Below, piece by piece: positions 12,013 through 26,289 of a stretch of DNA of 64,000 nucleotides (its first letter is position 1; each line of letters begins with the position of its first letter). The stretch spans positions 4,898,001 to 4,962,000 of the forward strand of contig CM074521.1 in assembly GCA_037379345.1 (NCBI GenBank), in the 5' to 3' direction. The translations under genes were made by a program, and so were the position numbers. Below the pieces are notes generated by a model that was not told the DNA's origin, did no database searches, and worked only from the letters and a program-made list of their open reading frames with translations. This DNA is from Perna viridis. Taxonomy: Eukaryota.

Positions 12013-15000
12013 GACAACCAACTTGTTACTGATAAAACTAAAATACGATTTAGAAATGAAAATTACTTGGTTATTTATAAGCACTTCAAAGAATGGAATA
12101 AATCCAAAAATTTATAATACCAATATAATTAGACATAATAATCCCCAATTTGTATAAGGGTCTCGTGTCTACAGTTCTGATAATTGACGATATTCGCACC
12201 ATTAATTTCGTCATCACAAATGCGTGTCATTTTCATGAAACGAACATCAAATTGATATTTAGCTTTGACAAGGTTGATATAAAGGGTTTAATGCTAAAGG
12301 TTAAGAAGCTGACCTCGGATGATTGTTGATCTTAATATGAAAAATTAGTCGGAACGCTCGGAAAGGCGGTTGGCTGATTAAATAATTGTCACAACTGTAA
12401 TTTTGTTTAACCTGAACTGAAAAATCCTCAAATTAGAATACCCCCTTTTCCACCCCTTTAAACTGTTGTCTGCGATAGAGATATTAACAACCCTCATCTA
12501 TAAACAATTGGTCGTTTTAATAAAAGATCAACTCGGGCATTAGTTGTATTATCACCACTAACGAGATATTAGATAGATTTTAATTGGCTAATTATACTAA
12601 TTAATTATCCAATAAAAATAATGGCACAGACCGCTATCAAAAGAACAAGAAGTAGACAATTTTAGGCCATCAAGTAATTTACCAGATGAATCACACTTGT
12701 TGAAAGAAATACTTCAAATTCATTAAATTATTCCCACAAATTTGATGTTTGATAAAAATTAATTATCCCATGAATCATGACACGAGTAGTTCTTCCAAGT
12801 ATTTTAAATTTATAGGTTAATGTTTCTGCTTTGTAATGCATGTACATAAAGTACGTTCTACGCATTTATGAATTATACATTTTTTGAAATCTATAAAGCT
12901 ATAATATCAATTACATGTATGAACTATACTGGTACATGTATTAGATACATGTATATCAAAATGTTCCAAGCTTCTTACATGTAATACTACAATAGCTTAT
13001 ACTTTACAAATTAGCTTGTGCAATATATGATTATTGTTAAAATAAAAATTATACACTTGTATTCATCCTTAAAAGGAAATGTAATATGAATAATAGTTCG
13101 GATTATATGTCCCCGATCTTTATGACCTAAAATAATATTTTATTTATTCCCATGTCGATACTTAAGTATCTATCCATTTGTTAATTTATATTTATCATTT
13201 TCTGACATATTTCTAAGATTTCGAAAACAACTCTTGAGAAAAAGTTTGAAATGGTTTTTAAAAACGTTTGAAAAAATCTTCAATATCAACGCAAACAAGA
13301 CCTTTTTATTCGTTTTTTGTAGTTCATAATACGACGATAAAGATCGGGGAAATATAAATTCTTTATTTCAAAATTCCTTTAAACTTAAAATTTTTCCATT
13401 AATAATGTTAAATAATCGTGCCCCTGGATAATAATAAATCGTTACACAATTTCCCATTACATGTACTTCAAAGTTTTATAGGATAGTATTTTCATTTATG
13501 GCATTGCCCGTCAATTTAATATCCATTTGCATTGTGGGCGTATGGAGCGTGAAATAATCACGAGCACCTGTTTCTAGATTAATTGAGTTAAAAATGTCAA
13601 AATGAAAATGTCAAATGTAGAACAACAATGAATTGATCTGGTTCGATGTCCCAATGCTATAACTGTATTGAGAAATGTCGTTCGGTTCAACTCAAATATT
13701 GACTTAATTTTGAATTATATAATTGAAACTAATATGCACGACATGCGTGATATATAGGATTTGATGTAATTACGTAACAATTATCGCGTAACTATAACGC
13801 ATACCTTCATCACATACAATTTGCGTTGCTTTAGTTTGAATAATTGAAAAATTATTTAGTCCTGATTAAAAAAGATGAACATGATGACAGAGTGGATCAA
13901 TGTTAAAAGGTGTGCAAAGTATTCAGCATCAGTCAGGTATGATCCAAATCAAGTTTAGGAACATTTTTATCTTCGTCGGTGCATGTCAAACACTTAATTT
14001 AGCCTTCCATCATGTTTTAGTTCACTTCAAGTGCGAACTAATAACGCAGTATTAAACACGCGAAGTCATGTTCATTCCACCGAATTGTCAGGTCAATAAA
14101 ATTTCCACTTTTTCAAGAAGTATCTCCGAAAAGAACTTTGTCCTCGCGTTAAATAGAAGTTTGATAATAGACAAGGTTATTTTTGTCAATTTATAAATGA
14201 CAGAATATAGAAAGGTCAATAGACAGAAGACATCTGTTACAAAGTATAATAACTAGTCATAAAATAATTAAGAGAATCAACATGTTTTCGGTATAAATGT
14301 TACGATGGACACGCTTTTTTATGTATTTACTCAAAATCATTTCCGGATATCTGTCACGTGGTTTAAAATTGCGCTTCAGTTTCATTCATTTGTAGCAGTG
14401 TCATGGTCAAAGTTTCAATGCGTACCCGTACAACCGTAGCATGTAACATACGTAGTCATACACATGTATAATCTGATGGAATGAAAGTGTTCTTTCACTG
14501 TCTGTGTTATAATAATCGTAACCAATTTATCCTAGGATTCTTAATGGGCGATTTAAAATATTTTCCATGTTTTGAACATGAAATGGAAAAAAAAGTATTC
14601 AACGAAGTTAAAGTTAATGCTCATTAATAATCGGTTTTATGAAGAAATCTGTTTTGCAATCAATCAGGATTTTAATTTAATTGTCATGAGCATGGTATTG
14701 TTTCCAATACTAGCATTACGAATATTCATGATGCTACATTTTCTTGGATATTCATTTGAACGGAAACATTTTCTCATGGGTGACCTTGAGCTGACAGTTT
14801 TCATCCTGATGGGGTTGTTGTCTCTTTGACATATTCACCATATCCATTCTCGTTGTACCTTTATAATAATTATGTTTGTGAAGATTTAAGAAATCTGTTA
14901 TTAGGATTTGTACAGCACCATATTCCCACAAGAATAAGATATATAAAACGTATTAGGTATCAGTCTTGCATTGATATTCTTGAGCGGGTGTACGTCGATA

Positions 15001-15124
15001 CATGGAGGCTAATGAAATAGAATTCATTCCTTTTTAATTTTTTTTTAAACAAATGCATGTAACTTTGATCTTGAATTTTGCCAATATTTAAAAGTGTATC
15101 CAAATAGATAAAATGTGTTACATA

Positions 15125-15271
15125 TAACATGGAATCATCCGACTGTCATATAAATATGAATCGGTTACTGTCATGTAACATGGAATCATCTGACTGTTAT
15201 ATACATATGAATCGGTTACTGGCATGTAACATGGAATCATCTGACTGTTATATAAATATGAATCGGTTACT
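15125..15271. repeat. 51-bp tandem repeat, about 2.9 copies
   Basis: AACATGGAATCAT recurs at 15126, 15177, 15228. Confidence 0.9.
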
Positions 15272-18200
15272 GATAGGTCAATCAGATATTTTTGCCTTGA
15301 AATGCATATTATGTTGAGGTAAAGCTCTATCAATCAATTGGGTTAAATTGGAATGCACTAACGATTGCAAAACAGGGGTACATTTTCAATTTTTAAAATT
15401 TAGAAGTTTGATATTGATTATCAAATCATGAACCATTTGATTAGCAGATTTAAATAAACAACGATAGATCACATAAAACCCATAAACAATATTTGTCTTT
15501 TACTTTGTAAAAATAATACAAAAGTATTCGCTATTTTCTGTTTATTTGGTTCGACCAATTTAAGTTCAGATTTGTAAATAACACATCAGCATAGCCTATG
15601 ACCATACATATCTAACTTGACATAGGTCGCGCCATTCTGAAATTGCTTCCTTTCAAAGATGTTATCCTGAGATTAGCTTCCTACCAGTTTTGATCACTGT
15701 TCAATACATTATCCATATAGGCTTCTATTTTTGTGCATATATGACGTTCCATGCTTCAGCTTGATTGTAGCGCGTTTGGTGCATGTATCAAGGGTATAAT
15801 TGATATATCCAAGTTTCTTCCCGTATAAATATAAGTAAATGTTATAGTAGTTTCATTATGAATTAATGTATGAGGTCACATGATTTATTCTAACAATATA
15901 TACACGTAAGATAACACTAAAGTTTCGATAGCGTTTAATTTGTAGTCTAAGTTTTGCACGTAATGTTGATGCTTGATTTCTTATCTTTCATTTTAAGTAT
16001 ATTTTGTTCGGCAATTTAGATCTAGAACGACATCATTGTTTGCGATTACTTGCCATCATTATTCGTTTATCGTGATAAAAAATGTCTCATATTTATCTCA
16101 CTCGTTGGCACACACTTTCCAAATAGGCAATTTATAATCTTACAAATGCTAGAGAGTGAATTCTTGGACACATAAGGGTTAGATATTCAGAATCTAACAT
16201 TGCTGATAGGTCACTGCAGATAATTTCCTTAAAAAACATAAATGAAGCTGAATTAAGACACCAAGGAAAGTTTACCTACAGTTAGAAGTTTAAATCCTTA
16301 CGCTATCTAGACCCATTAGAATGTATATGCATGTATTTTCATTTCTTTAAAACCTGTGCTATGGTAACATCATGATTGAAATCAATCGGTTTCTGTGACC
16401 AAGTGTTGGTGCTTTACTTGAAAATTAACTGCAAATAAAAAACAAGTTTTCTAAGATTTCAGATAGTTTGAAACTACCAGGGGCATAAAAAAATTTTTTT
16501 TCTGCTCATTTATACTTGATTTTTATACTCCCGCAAACGAAGTCCGTCTGTCCGAACATTTCTTAAGCAGCTTGCAGCATTGTTATGGAACTTTGTGGGA
16601 TGTTATATGACTACATGGAGATGTGCATATTATCAGGAATTTATGTTTTGGCAAAGATATAGAAATGACGACTGTTTCACTATTTGGCGTTTGTCAGCAC
16701 AACGTGGTCTCAAAGGTCCACAACTCCTCAACGACTTACAGGATTGTAACGAAACTTGATGGAATGAAAATTACCATATTATTGGGATGTGCATATTGTC
16801 AGAAATTTATGTTTTTGCTTGGTAGGCCGAGTGTACACCAAAATTACTTTCTAAGCTGCTGAATTAAAGTCTTAAAATTGCAAAAAATGCTGTGCAAGAA
16901 GTTGCGTTAATCAGATTTGAATTTTGAAAACTTTTAAAGAACTTACTGAAAGTCTTAGATCATAAATCAATTCTTTATCAAATAGCAAAACAATCCGATT
17001 TTTCCACTCTTAATACAACTATACAGTTACCGTACGTTCGTAGGAAAGACTGAAAAAAAAAAAGAAAATTCAAAGCTGTTATTTTTACCAAGAAAAAGAA
17101 ACGCAAGTATACATAGCTTGTCATAAGTGAAGAGAAAGTCTGAATCAACTACAATGCTAAGATGATTTGTATTGTCTGGGGTATTAGTGTTTCAACAGAC
17201 AATACATACAACTAGAATAGTTATGGTGAATATGTCTACGAGACAACAACTCCACTGGGATGAGAATGTCAGCCCAAGGCCACCTATTGGTCTTCAATGA
17301 ACGGCAAGGAAACCCTCACACCACAGGACATGCTGCAGCTGATGATCAAGCATCAATTAACACATTTACAGCGAAAAACTTGCCCTCTTTATACTCAAAT
17401 AACATGAAAATAAACTAACGGTGAAAACGGAACAAGCCATACAGAGGCTAGAAACCTCTGACTTGAGACAGGCGCAAAAAATGCGGCGGGGTTAAATACA
17501 GTACATATATATGTGTCCCTAAGTCTATGAACATCGAGCTTAAAATTAAGGTCACAAGACATACACACTTTTATATTGACCTTCATCTTCAAAACTTGAG
17601 CGACCCACATGGAGTGTTCGTTTCCAATATGACCTTGACCTCCATTTACTATAGATTTTCTCCATCTTCCTCAAGTCTTCACCTTTATCGTCCAAGCACA
17701 CATCGGATGTCTTGAAGAAGAAGGAACTGCTAACACATGCATGACTGCATCCCGCAACTTCACGTGCATGATGCCAAAGAGTTCTCTGCTTGCTATATAT
17801 TAACTCTTTATAATTGAATTGCTTCGTAACAAGAGGACCATTGTGTAGGCAAAGACTTTCTCACATACGCATTATATAAAAGTCATGAGACATGCATTTG
17901 TGTACTAAAATGAGAGAAAACATATCTCGCAACAGGGAAGTCATGGAACATTTCTAAACTCTAGGCGAACTGAAACAATCTCAAATGGTATATTTTTAAA
18001 TACATGTATCTTTGTTTAAAACAAACAAACAAACAAACAAACTCCAAGCAGATTTATAAAAAGGTGATGCTGGAAGAGTCTAATAAACACGGATGTTATA
18101 ATTCTTATTATTTATCTTAATTTCTTCAAACTTAATGTAGTTTATGAAAATCTAACTTCAACTTCTACATACATGGAACGTATATGACAAGTGCTAATAG

Positions 18201-18533
18201 AGTGTTGAAAAGGAGTTTTTAATAACCAAAATAAGACTCTTGTATAATTTGTCTCTCTTTTAACAGTGGTCGACTTATGAGTGACATGAAGTCAAATGCT
18301 ACGTCTCAGGTTCCCATCATACTGACTGAGCGTGAGAAAACCATTCAATTCTATGATCATAGTTCATCTAATTCGATGTGAACTTGGTAAGAAATTATGC
18401 GCACGTCAGCAAAGGCATCAGCAAAATTGTCATCTAACACTCTCTCGGTCAAGCCAGAAGTTTGTTCTTGAGAGAAACAGAAACAATGCCGATTATTTGT
18501 AAGCCTCTATACAAATTCGTGGATATCATAGTA

Positions 18534-19744
18534 CAGTGAAGCCAGTCTATGCTGAATTCAGAATAATCAGAAAACCTGTCTAAACCAGACACTTTAAATG
18601 GTTCCTCGATACCGATTTGAATGCATTTCTAACCTTGATAAACTAAACACCTGTCTAAACCAGACTTTTCATCGTTCCTAGATACCAATTTGAATGCATT
18701 TCAAACCTTGGTAAACTAAAAACCTGTCTAAACCAGACAATTTTAATGGTTTTTGAGTGCATTTCTAACCTTGATAAACTAAACACCTGTCTAAACCAGA
18801 CTTTTTATCGTTCCTAGATACCGATTTGAATGCATTTCTTACCTTGGTTAACTAAACACCTGTCTAAACCAGACACTTTTCATTGTTTCTAGATCTCAAT
18901 TTGAATGCATTTCTAACCTTGGTAAACTAAACACCTGTCTAAACCAGACTTTTCATCGTTCCTAGATACCGATTTGAATGCATTTCTAACCTTGGTAAAC
19001 TAAACACCTGTCTAAACCAGACTTTTCATCGTTCCTAGATACCGATTTGAATGCATTTCTAACCTTGATAAACTATACACCGGTCTAAACCAGGCACTTT
19101 TCATCGTTCATAGATACCGATTTGAATGCATTTCTAACCTTGGTTAACTAAACACCTGTCTAAACCAGACACTTTTTAATCGTTCCTTGATACCAATTTG
19201 AATGTATGTCTAACCTTGGTGAACTAAACACCTGTCTAAAGCAGACACTTTTCATCGTTTCTAGACCTCAATTTAAATGCATTTCTAACCTTGATAAACT
19301 ATACACCGGTCTAAACCAGGCACTTTTCATCGTTCATAGATACCGATTTGAATGCATTTCTAACCCTGGTTAACTAAACACCTGTCTAAACCAGACACTT
19401 TTTTATCGTCCCTTGATACCAATTTGAATGTATGTCTAACCTTGGTGAACCAAACACCTGTCTAAAGCAGACACTTTTCATCGTTTCTAGATCTCAATTT
19501 GAATGCATTTCCAACCTTGGTTAACTAAACACCTGTCTAAACCAGACACTTTTTGATCGTCCCTTGATACCAATGTGAATGTATGTCTAACCTTGGTTAA
19601 CTAAACACTTGTCTAAACCAGACACTTTTTAATCGTTCCTAGATATCGATTTGAATGTATTTCTAACCTTGGTAAACTAAACACCTGACCAAACAGAACA
19701 ATTGGTAAAGTCCAAAAAGGATTCGGTTTAGACCAGTTTCACTG
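18534..19744. mobile_element. pogo/Tigger-like (Tc1/mariner superfamily) MITE containing about 15 tandem copies of a 73-76 bp unit
   Basis: TA|CAGTGAAGCCAGTCTA ... TAGACCAGTTTCACTG|TA; TIRs match 19/26; array of ACCTGTCTAAACCAGAC-containing units at 18572-19700. Confidence 0.82.
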
Positions 19745-22700
19745 TATGTTAAAACAAAATAATTTGACCTTCAAACGAATGAGATAAACAAACGTTACAA
19801 CGACACAGAATATGTCTGTCAAATTGTTATTTTGTTTCAGCTTTGAAATACTCTCTTTACAGAATATGTCTGTCAAATTGTTATTCCTTAGCTTTGAAAT
19901 ACAATTCCTACTCTCTTTAATAAATGCTACTTGATAGCCAACTTTGTTTCCTTACAAATAGGTAGTAAATTCTATTCCTATCATAAATCCGAATTAATTC
20001 AGTACGTCTTGTAATTTTGGATTTTGCTCGACACATTCTTCATCTATCATATCTAACCCTCGTTATTTATAAGCGATTGTTCTTTTTAAAGATTTGGACT
20101 TGTTTGATTTTCTTTATTATGTTCTCCAACGTATTGTTTTTGTCATATTTTTATAATTCTCTTTTCCTTTATACATTTGTCTGCGTACCTTTTCAAAAAT
20201 CGGCCGAATGGATTGGAACAAAACATAGGACACTATAAGCAAAATGTGCAATCACTATCAGAATTTTCAAACATGGCCGCCATTTAAAGAGGAAAAAATT
20301 ATAAAAATATAAAAAAATAATAATCGTAGACGAAGACTTGATATTTGGTTTAAATATAGGTCACTGTATATAGGTCCGCTCGACAATATTGAAAAATGAA
20401 AAATGACCGTCATCATAAGATGGCCGTCGGTTGAAAATTAAAATAAAAAAAATAGAAGAGCCATAGAAACTAATTTTGGGAACTCTTGGGACAATTGGAA
20501 GATTTTGAGAACATCCGTGTTGGTGTCCAACATAATTTAAACTAGTTTTTTTTTATTATTTTGTGCACCAGGAATTAGCCCTAGAAATATTTTTCTTGAG
20601 GATTTTTTTAAAAGCACTGGTTAAAACCTTTATTTTTGAAGAATGATTCTTGCATGTATTGTTCAAATTTAAGTGCTGTACAAGTTATGTACGAATAGAT
20701 TCTAATAGTATTCTGTGACAGACAGTAAGAAAGAAATGCCAATCTAAAACTAATACTAGTTCAAACTATGTATGTTGTCTATATTTGAGAAAGCCAAATA
20801 GCAGATTACAAATACATCATTGTAATAAACAGTATATTCGGCTTTGTATAACCACAGTACCAATTCTCATTTGACCATAACAAATGTATATTCTTTTTAA
20901 CATAAATGGTTCTAAGTTCACCCTTATGCAAATGCAGTTGTCCCACCAAAATGCCAGCACTTGTTTCTTGTTTATGTAGGAAGAATATCATTCAGTATGT
21001 ACACGATAGTGAAGACACGTAAACTTAAAGTTATGATCGCAACAGGTAGTGAAATTCTTAAATACTTGTGCCCTGTTTTGATAGTATCTAAAATCTCCCT
21101 ATATATTGAACACACTGTAATGTAAATTTGACTTCTACTCCTTAAGTTTGTCAACAAAATGTTCCAAATTGATAAGTGATTAAGAACAAAACTCGTCTAA
21201 TAAAGTCAGATTCAAAACTGCAACTTTTAAAAGCAAAGCTAGGGTGTCTATCAAAATGATTACCATTAACAAAGGATATGAACTAAAATGTAATGTTTCA
21301 TTGATTTTGATGAACAGTTTTTCAGAAAATACAAAAGGTAACACTTTGCTCCTTGAATTTTATCATGGAAGAGATCGCATTTTATCAAGATTTCTACAAT
21401 TAATTTTCCTCAATTTTGCAGGCAATTAAGATTAACATTGTACATGTATTTCTTATCGAGGAATTACGTTTAAAATGTTTATCCAATATCATTTTTTGAT
21501 TTTATTTTGATAAACTGTATAAAATGATCGAATTAAAATTGTACCTACGTGAAGGAGGCGGTTAAAACATTTTGAATCGTTAATCATATATTTGATTTAA
21601 TGTGCAACTACAATAGATACATTGGCTTCTTTTTAATTCAGCTTAAACATATTTTATTGTCAGTACATCAGTGGCAGTTTGATCAAGCACAACACTTCCC
21701 CCATACATTACATTGCAACATAATATTAAGACTATTTTTACTTAATACTTAATAATTATTTTATCTAAAGACAGTGGGGAACATGCTGCCTTTGTTCGGT
21801 TTCTTCTCCTTCTTCCTCTCATTCTTTATATAATTAAATGTATCTACAACATATCCTCTTGTAAATGATGATCATTTTGACAGAAAATTTAAATTTGCTG
21901 TTTGAAAAAGTTGCAGTTTTGAAAAAATAACAAAATTTAATTGAAAAGCTCCTAATATTAGTGATTCACGATCCATTTACGATCAAGTTGTAGTACATTG
22001 TACTTGACTTATATTATTGATCTGTTCACGATCATTTCTCTCGCTTGACAGTGCGATGGGTTGTTGTTATATAGTAAATGCTAGCATTTGATTTATAGAC
22101 TTATGTATTTAATATAGTTGTGAAAGCTTCTTCCTTGAAACACTCAACATTGAAATGTTATCAATTAAATAGCGTTAGGACCCATGTCGTGGAGGAAACA
22201 AAGATTTGAAAAGATTATTTCTGACAATGTTTTATAGGCTACAGAAACGTTAGTTCCAGTAGATTTCTACGGTGTGCTAAGTGTCTGTCTCAGTAAGAAT
22301 CAGGCTGTCGGTGAAACACGCAGTAGGATAAAAAAACACCTTTTGAAAGTTTAATTTGACTATTTGCACCATCAGAATCAAGGAAAAAAGGCAAGATTGT
22401 CCATATTATTTTGATAAATTTAGTTATAATGTCATTGAAATGTACTAAAAACATTTCAAGGACAGATAACTCTGACAAAAACCTCATTTACGTAATATTC
22501 TATTGAAAAAATTCTGATCAAAGCCAGTGATACAGAGATCAAATAAGGTTTTTTTTTTCAAGTAGAGAAAGCATCCTTTAGGCAAATTGCATTGTCAGAT
22601 CGATGGGTTTTTACATGCATGTTTCTGATTTTTCCCATTTTGCCTGATTTTTACAAAAACTAACACTTAAATGGTGGCAAATCGGAATATAGTAAAAGTT

Positions 22701-24057
22701 CCTGAATAATGTTTCAATACCTACAAACATTTCATGTATATCTTTATACAGTTATGTGTTAGCTTTGGACTCAAAATGAATTAAATTATCTTGCGATGCT
22801 ATTTCTATAGTTCTTCTCTCCTTTTTCAACGTGCTTGTCTTTACCTAGTAACATAACTCTTTCTCAACACATTGATTTATAAGTAACTAAAACTTGAGAC
22901 ATGTTACATTGGTTTTAACGTTATTTGTTTTATGTCCAACATTGACAAGACATTTACATGACCCAGTGGAGGTTCTTTACATAAACGTTTCCGCACTGAA
23001 CAGTTTAGTTAACCTTATATAACCTTTTGGATTATATTGAAGTTCCAGTGATTAGGTTATGCTATGATTGTAACGTCTCGGACATCGTCTGGCAATCAAA
23101 GTAAATCAATATCTCAAGTCAGTTATTTTATCAATTGTTTGTGTAGATTTTCAATAAAGTTCTCACAGACTTTCAAATAATTTTTGATAAAACTGAAATT
23201 ACTATTTAAAGCAATTGTTTTGTTGAATACTGATATATTCAATTTCTTAAAATCTAGATAAATTTAAACGATAAGTAAACCACAATGATCATTATGATTA
23301 TTTTTTTTTATATTAAACATTTTTACATCGAAACCTTTGCAGAAATTTAATCATTACTAACTTGGGTCATTCTATTTCCTGGGTTGGTGTTTTGAAAAAA
23401 AATTCAAAAAAGAATGGTTCTAGGTTTTTTTTGGACTGCGGATTCCAAATATTCATCGTCCAAAATATCTCCACAGTAAGTAGAGTACAAATCCGTCAAA
23501 AGTTAAGATGTGTGTTAAAATTCATCAGCAAATGTCTTTGGTATAACACAGATTGTTTTAGTTATTGTAAGAAAGGAATAAGTCATATAGACCGTTTTTA
23601 AACATTAGACAGTTTGCAATGTAATATGGATTCAAAAGTATGGAAAAAAACCTATATTTAAGCTTCATGATTTTTGCTATTGGTCTTTTTCATATCCAGG
23701 TACAAAATGTAGCCGAAATCAACCACGTAAAACCTCCAGAACAATGCCTTATTTCAAAATATCCTTTGAATTTCTGTTATGGCACCATAATGTTAGTGCG
23801 AAGCATTAATACTGTAACAATCATTTTAAAAAGAAATGTTTCATCATGCAATTATTGAACTTTTAACGGGTGTTACACCGTGGACAAATTTGTTATACCA
23901 AGGACAATTTTCAAGAAATTTAACCGCCTATCAAAAACTTTAGAAACTCCTGGCATTCCAATTGAATACCAATCAATTCAGATAGGGGAAGCAAAAACCA
24001 AAGCACACTGAAATCCAAATATTATCTAGAAAAGAAAAGAAAATACATTATTAATAC

Positions 24058-26052
24058 TGTGCTGCCTTACCCTCACGTGCAGACATTGACTGTCCTTGAC
24101 TCTTATTATTGATACCTATAGTTAAATGTTCGTTTCTTTCCCCGTATATTCATTCCTCCGATATTTGTTTTGACGACAAAATGTACATTCATGTCTTTTA
24201 TAATTTTTGATGTGTATACCTGATTTTAGCACAATGTAAGTTTTTATGCCTATTAATAGTTATGATATACGATAAGTTCAATGTGTATTTACACTTTTTT
24301 TCTTGGTTTAAGGTAGTAGACCTGGGGTACCCCCAAAATTTTCCCATTATTCAAGTTTCTTTGATTTTGTACATTATATTACACTTACCGTGGCGCATCA
24401 TTTGTCAATTTTGTTTTAGAAAATTCACCGTGCTGATTTTGAACAATGAAGACTAAAATATTGGTATTTTTTTTTAAACCTGAATCATTGGCCAAACTGA
24501 ACCATATCTGGTATTTTAGGGTCATTTGACAATATATTTAAATAAATAACTGAATATTAAGTCATATACACTTTAAAAACGATTAATATATCAGATTTAA
24601 TATCGAATTTTATTCTGTCCATTTTGTAGAAGAGATACTAGGCTTTTAATTTAACAAAATAATAAAAAAATTTGCAAAAAATTAAAAATGCAATTTTCGT
24701 ACAAAACTGATATTATATGGACTATTCATATGCAAATCAATAAACAAATTTTCAGAAAAGTTCACTGTGCAATTTTGTTTTTTAAATGTTTTAATGATAG
24801 TAGAGTAAGGCATTGAAATATTTTTGTGATAATTAATCATTATGGCTAAAATCATCTTAATATTTAATAAGGTTACCAAGTATCAAATTATGATGACTTA
24901 TATTGATGAACGGGCATTGCCAGGCACAGCTTGAGTCAATTAATTTCACACAAATATTTACACTTCTGCACGAAGGGACAAACTTATATGCTAAACCAAG
25001 TTCAATGCTGGATAGTGCTATATGCTTAACAAAGCAATAAATGAAAACAGGAAGCTTAAAGTCTTATAAAGAATTAAAGATAATGTAATTTATTTAAACT
25101 CTAAAGGGTTAAGGAGTTATAAAACTGGCAATGTCATTGGTTAGCCGTACTGTCTCACGACAGAGATCACTTCATTTCAATTTTGATATCATATCTAAAG
25201 GAATCTTGGTTTGCCGTTAAGGTATCATTTCAAACGTTTTCCCACCTTATAAAATATACTCCTCAATGTACCCATTTGAAACATTTAATCAATACTTCAA
25301 AAGGGCAGAGTTACTATGGCTGGCATCTTTGTTCTAGAAGTTGAACCCTTTCTTGGAGTTATTTCCCTTTAACATCAGTATCATTTTGAAGCTTGCATAT
25401 TAGGAGTTATTCAAACGCTTTAGAGACTAAAATCCTTTCAATTTGGATCACCTCCCTTACCCCAGGTCTACTATCTTAAACATGATTTATTTCCGGTAGT
25501 ATGGCCCCATGAGTCAAAAAAACGTTATTGTGGTTTTGTTTATATTTTCTTAGATAATTTAGGGCACCCCTTTTAATGTTCCCTTGACCTGATTCATTCT
25601 TTTTTTGTGTAAATGTTGACGTTTCATACACCTCATGGAACGCCAGTTTGTCACTTTAAATTAATGTCATTTTTCAAGTCTTGAATTTAGGCTAGAACAT
25701 ACATGTATTTGGCATATATTTCATGATTTAAAGTTAATTGAAGTAATTTCACGATATTTCTTATAAAAAAATATGTTTCATATTATTGCATATGTATTGT
25801 GGGCATTTAGGTTCATTTTTACATGTTGCATTTTGACTTATTATGATCGCATGTGTTATGATAGGTTCTATATTGTCACTTTTTCTTTGATTTCAGCTTT
25901 TTACCGTTTTCTTGTTGTTTTACGTGAAATCCTTTGAACATCAGCATACTTTTATGTCTGTATGCTACTCGTGTTATTGGAAGCGTAAAATAAAGGTTAA
26001 CGGTAGTGCAATTTTCATTTGTCCGCCCCTTGGGAATGATGGAGGTATTACA
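24058..26052 (+). repeat. 5' LTR (about 827 bp net, interrupted by a 1164-bp MITE)
   Basis: Aligns to 32044-32902 on both sides of 24312-25475; starts TGTGCTGCC, ends GTATTACA. Confidence 0.93.
24312..25475. mobile_element. Non-autonomous Kolobok-type DNA transposon inserted in the 5' LTR
   Basis: TTAA TSD (24308-24311, 25476-25479); TIR GGTAGTAGACCTGGGGTA versus GATAGTAGACCTGGGGTA; the 3' LTR shows the empty single TTAA site. TTAA TSD with RR termini fits Kolobok rather than piggyBac. Confidence 0.88.
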
Positions 26053-26289
26053 GTAAAAAGACTATTGGATCTGGTAGTACGAGTAAGAATGACTTTTGAA
26101 TCTGAATGTACCAGTAAATAGACTCTAGATCTAACTGTGTAGATGTAATTATGGCTTCTGTCGGAGATTTGAACAATGAGGACTTGGACAAAATGGAAGC
26201 TCCCTAAAATATGGATAATATCGATCAACAAGGACAAGACACGTCCGACGATTTTTCGGAGGATAGAAGCAGGAGAATTCGCACAATGA

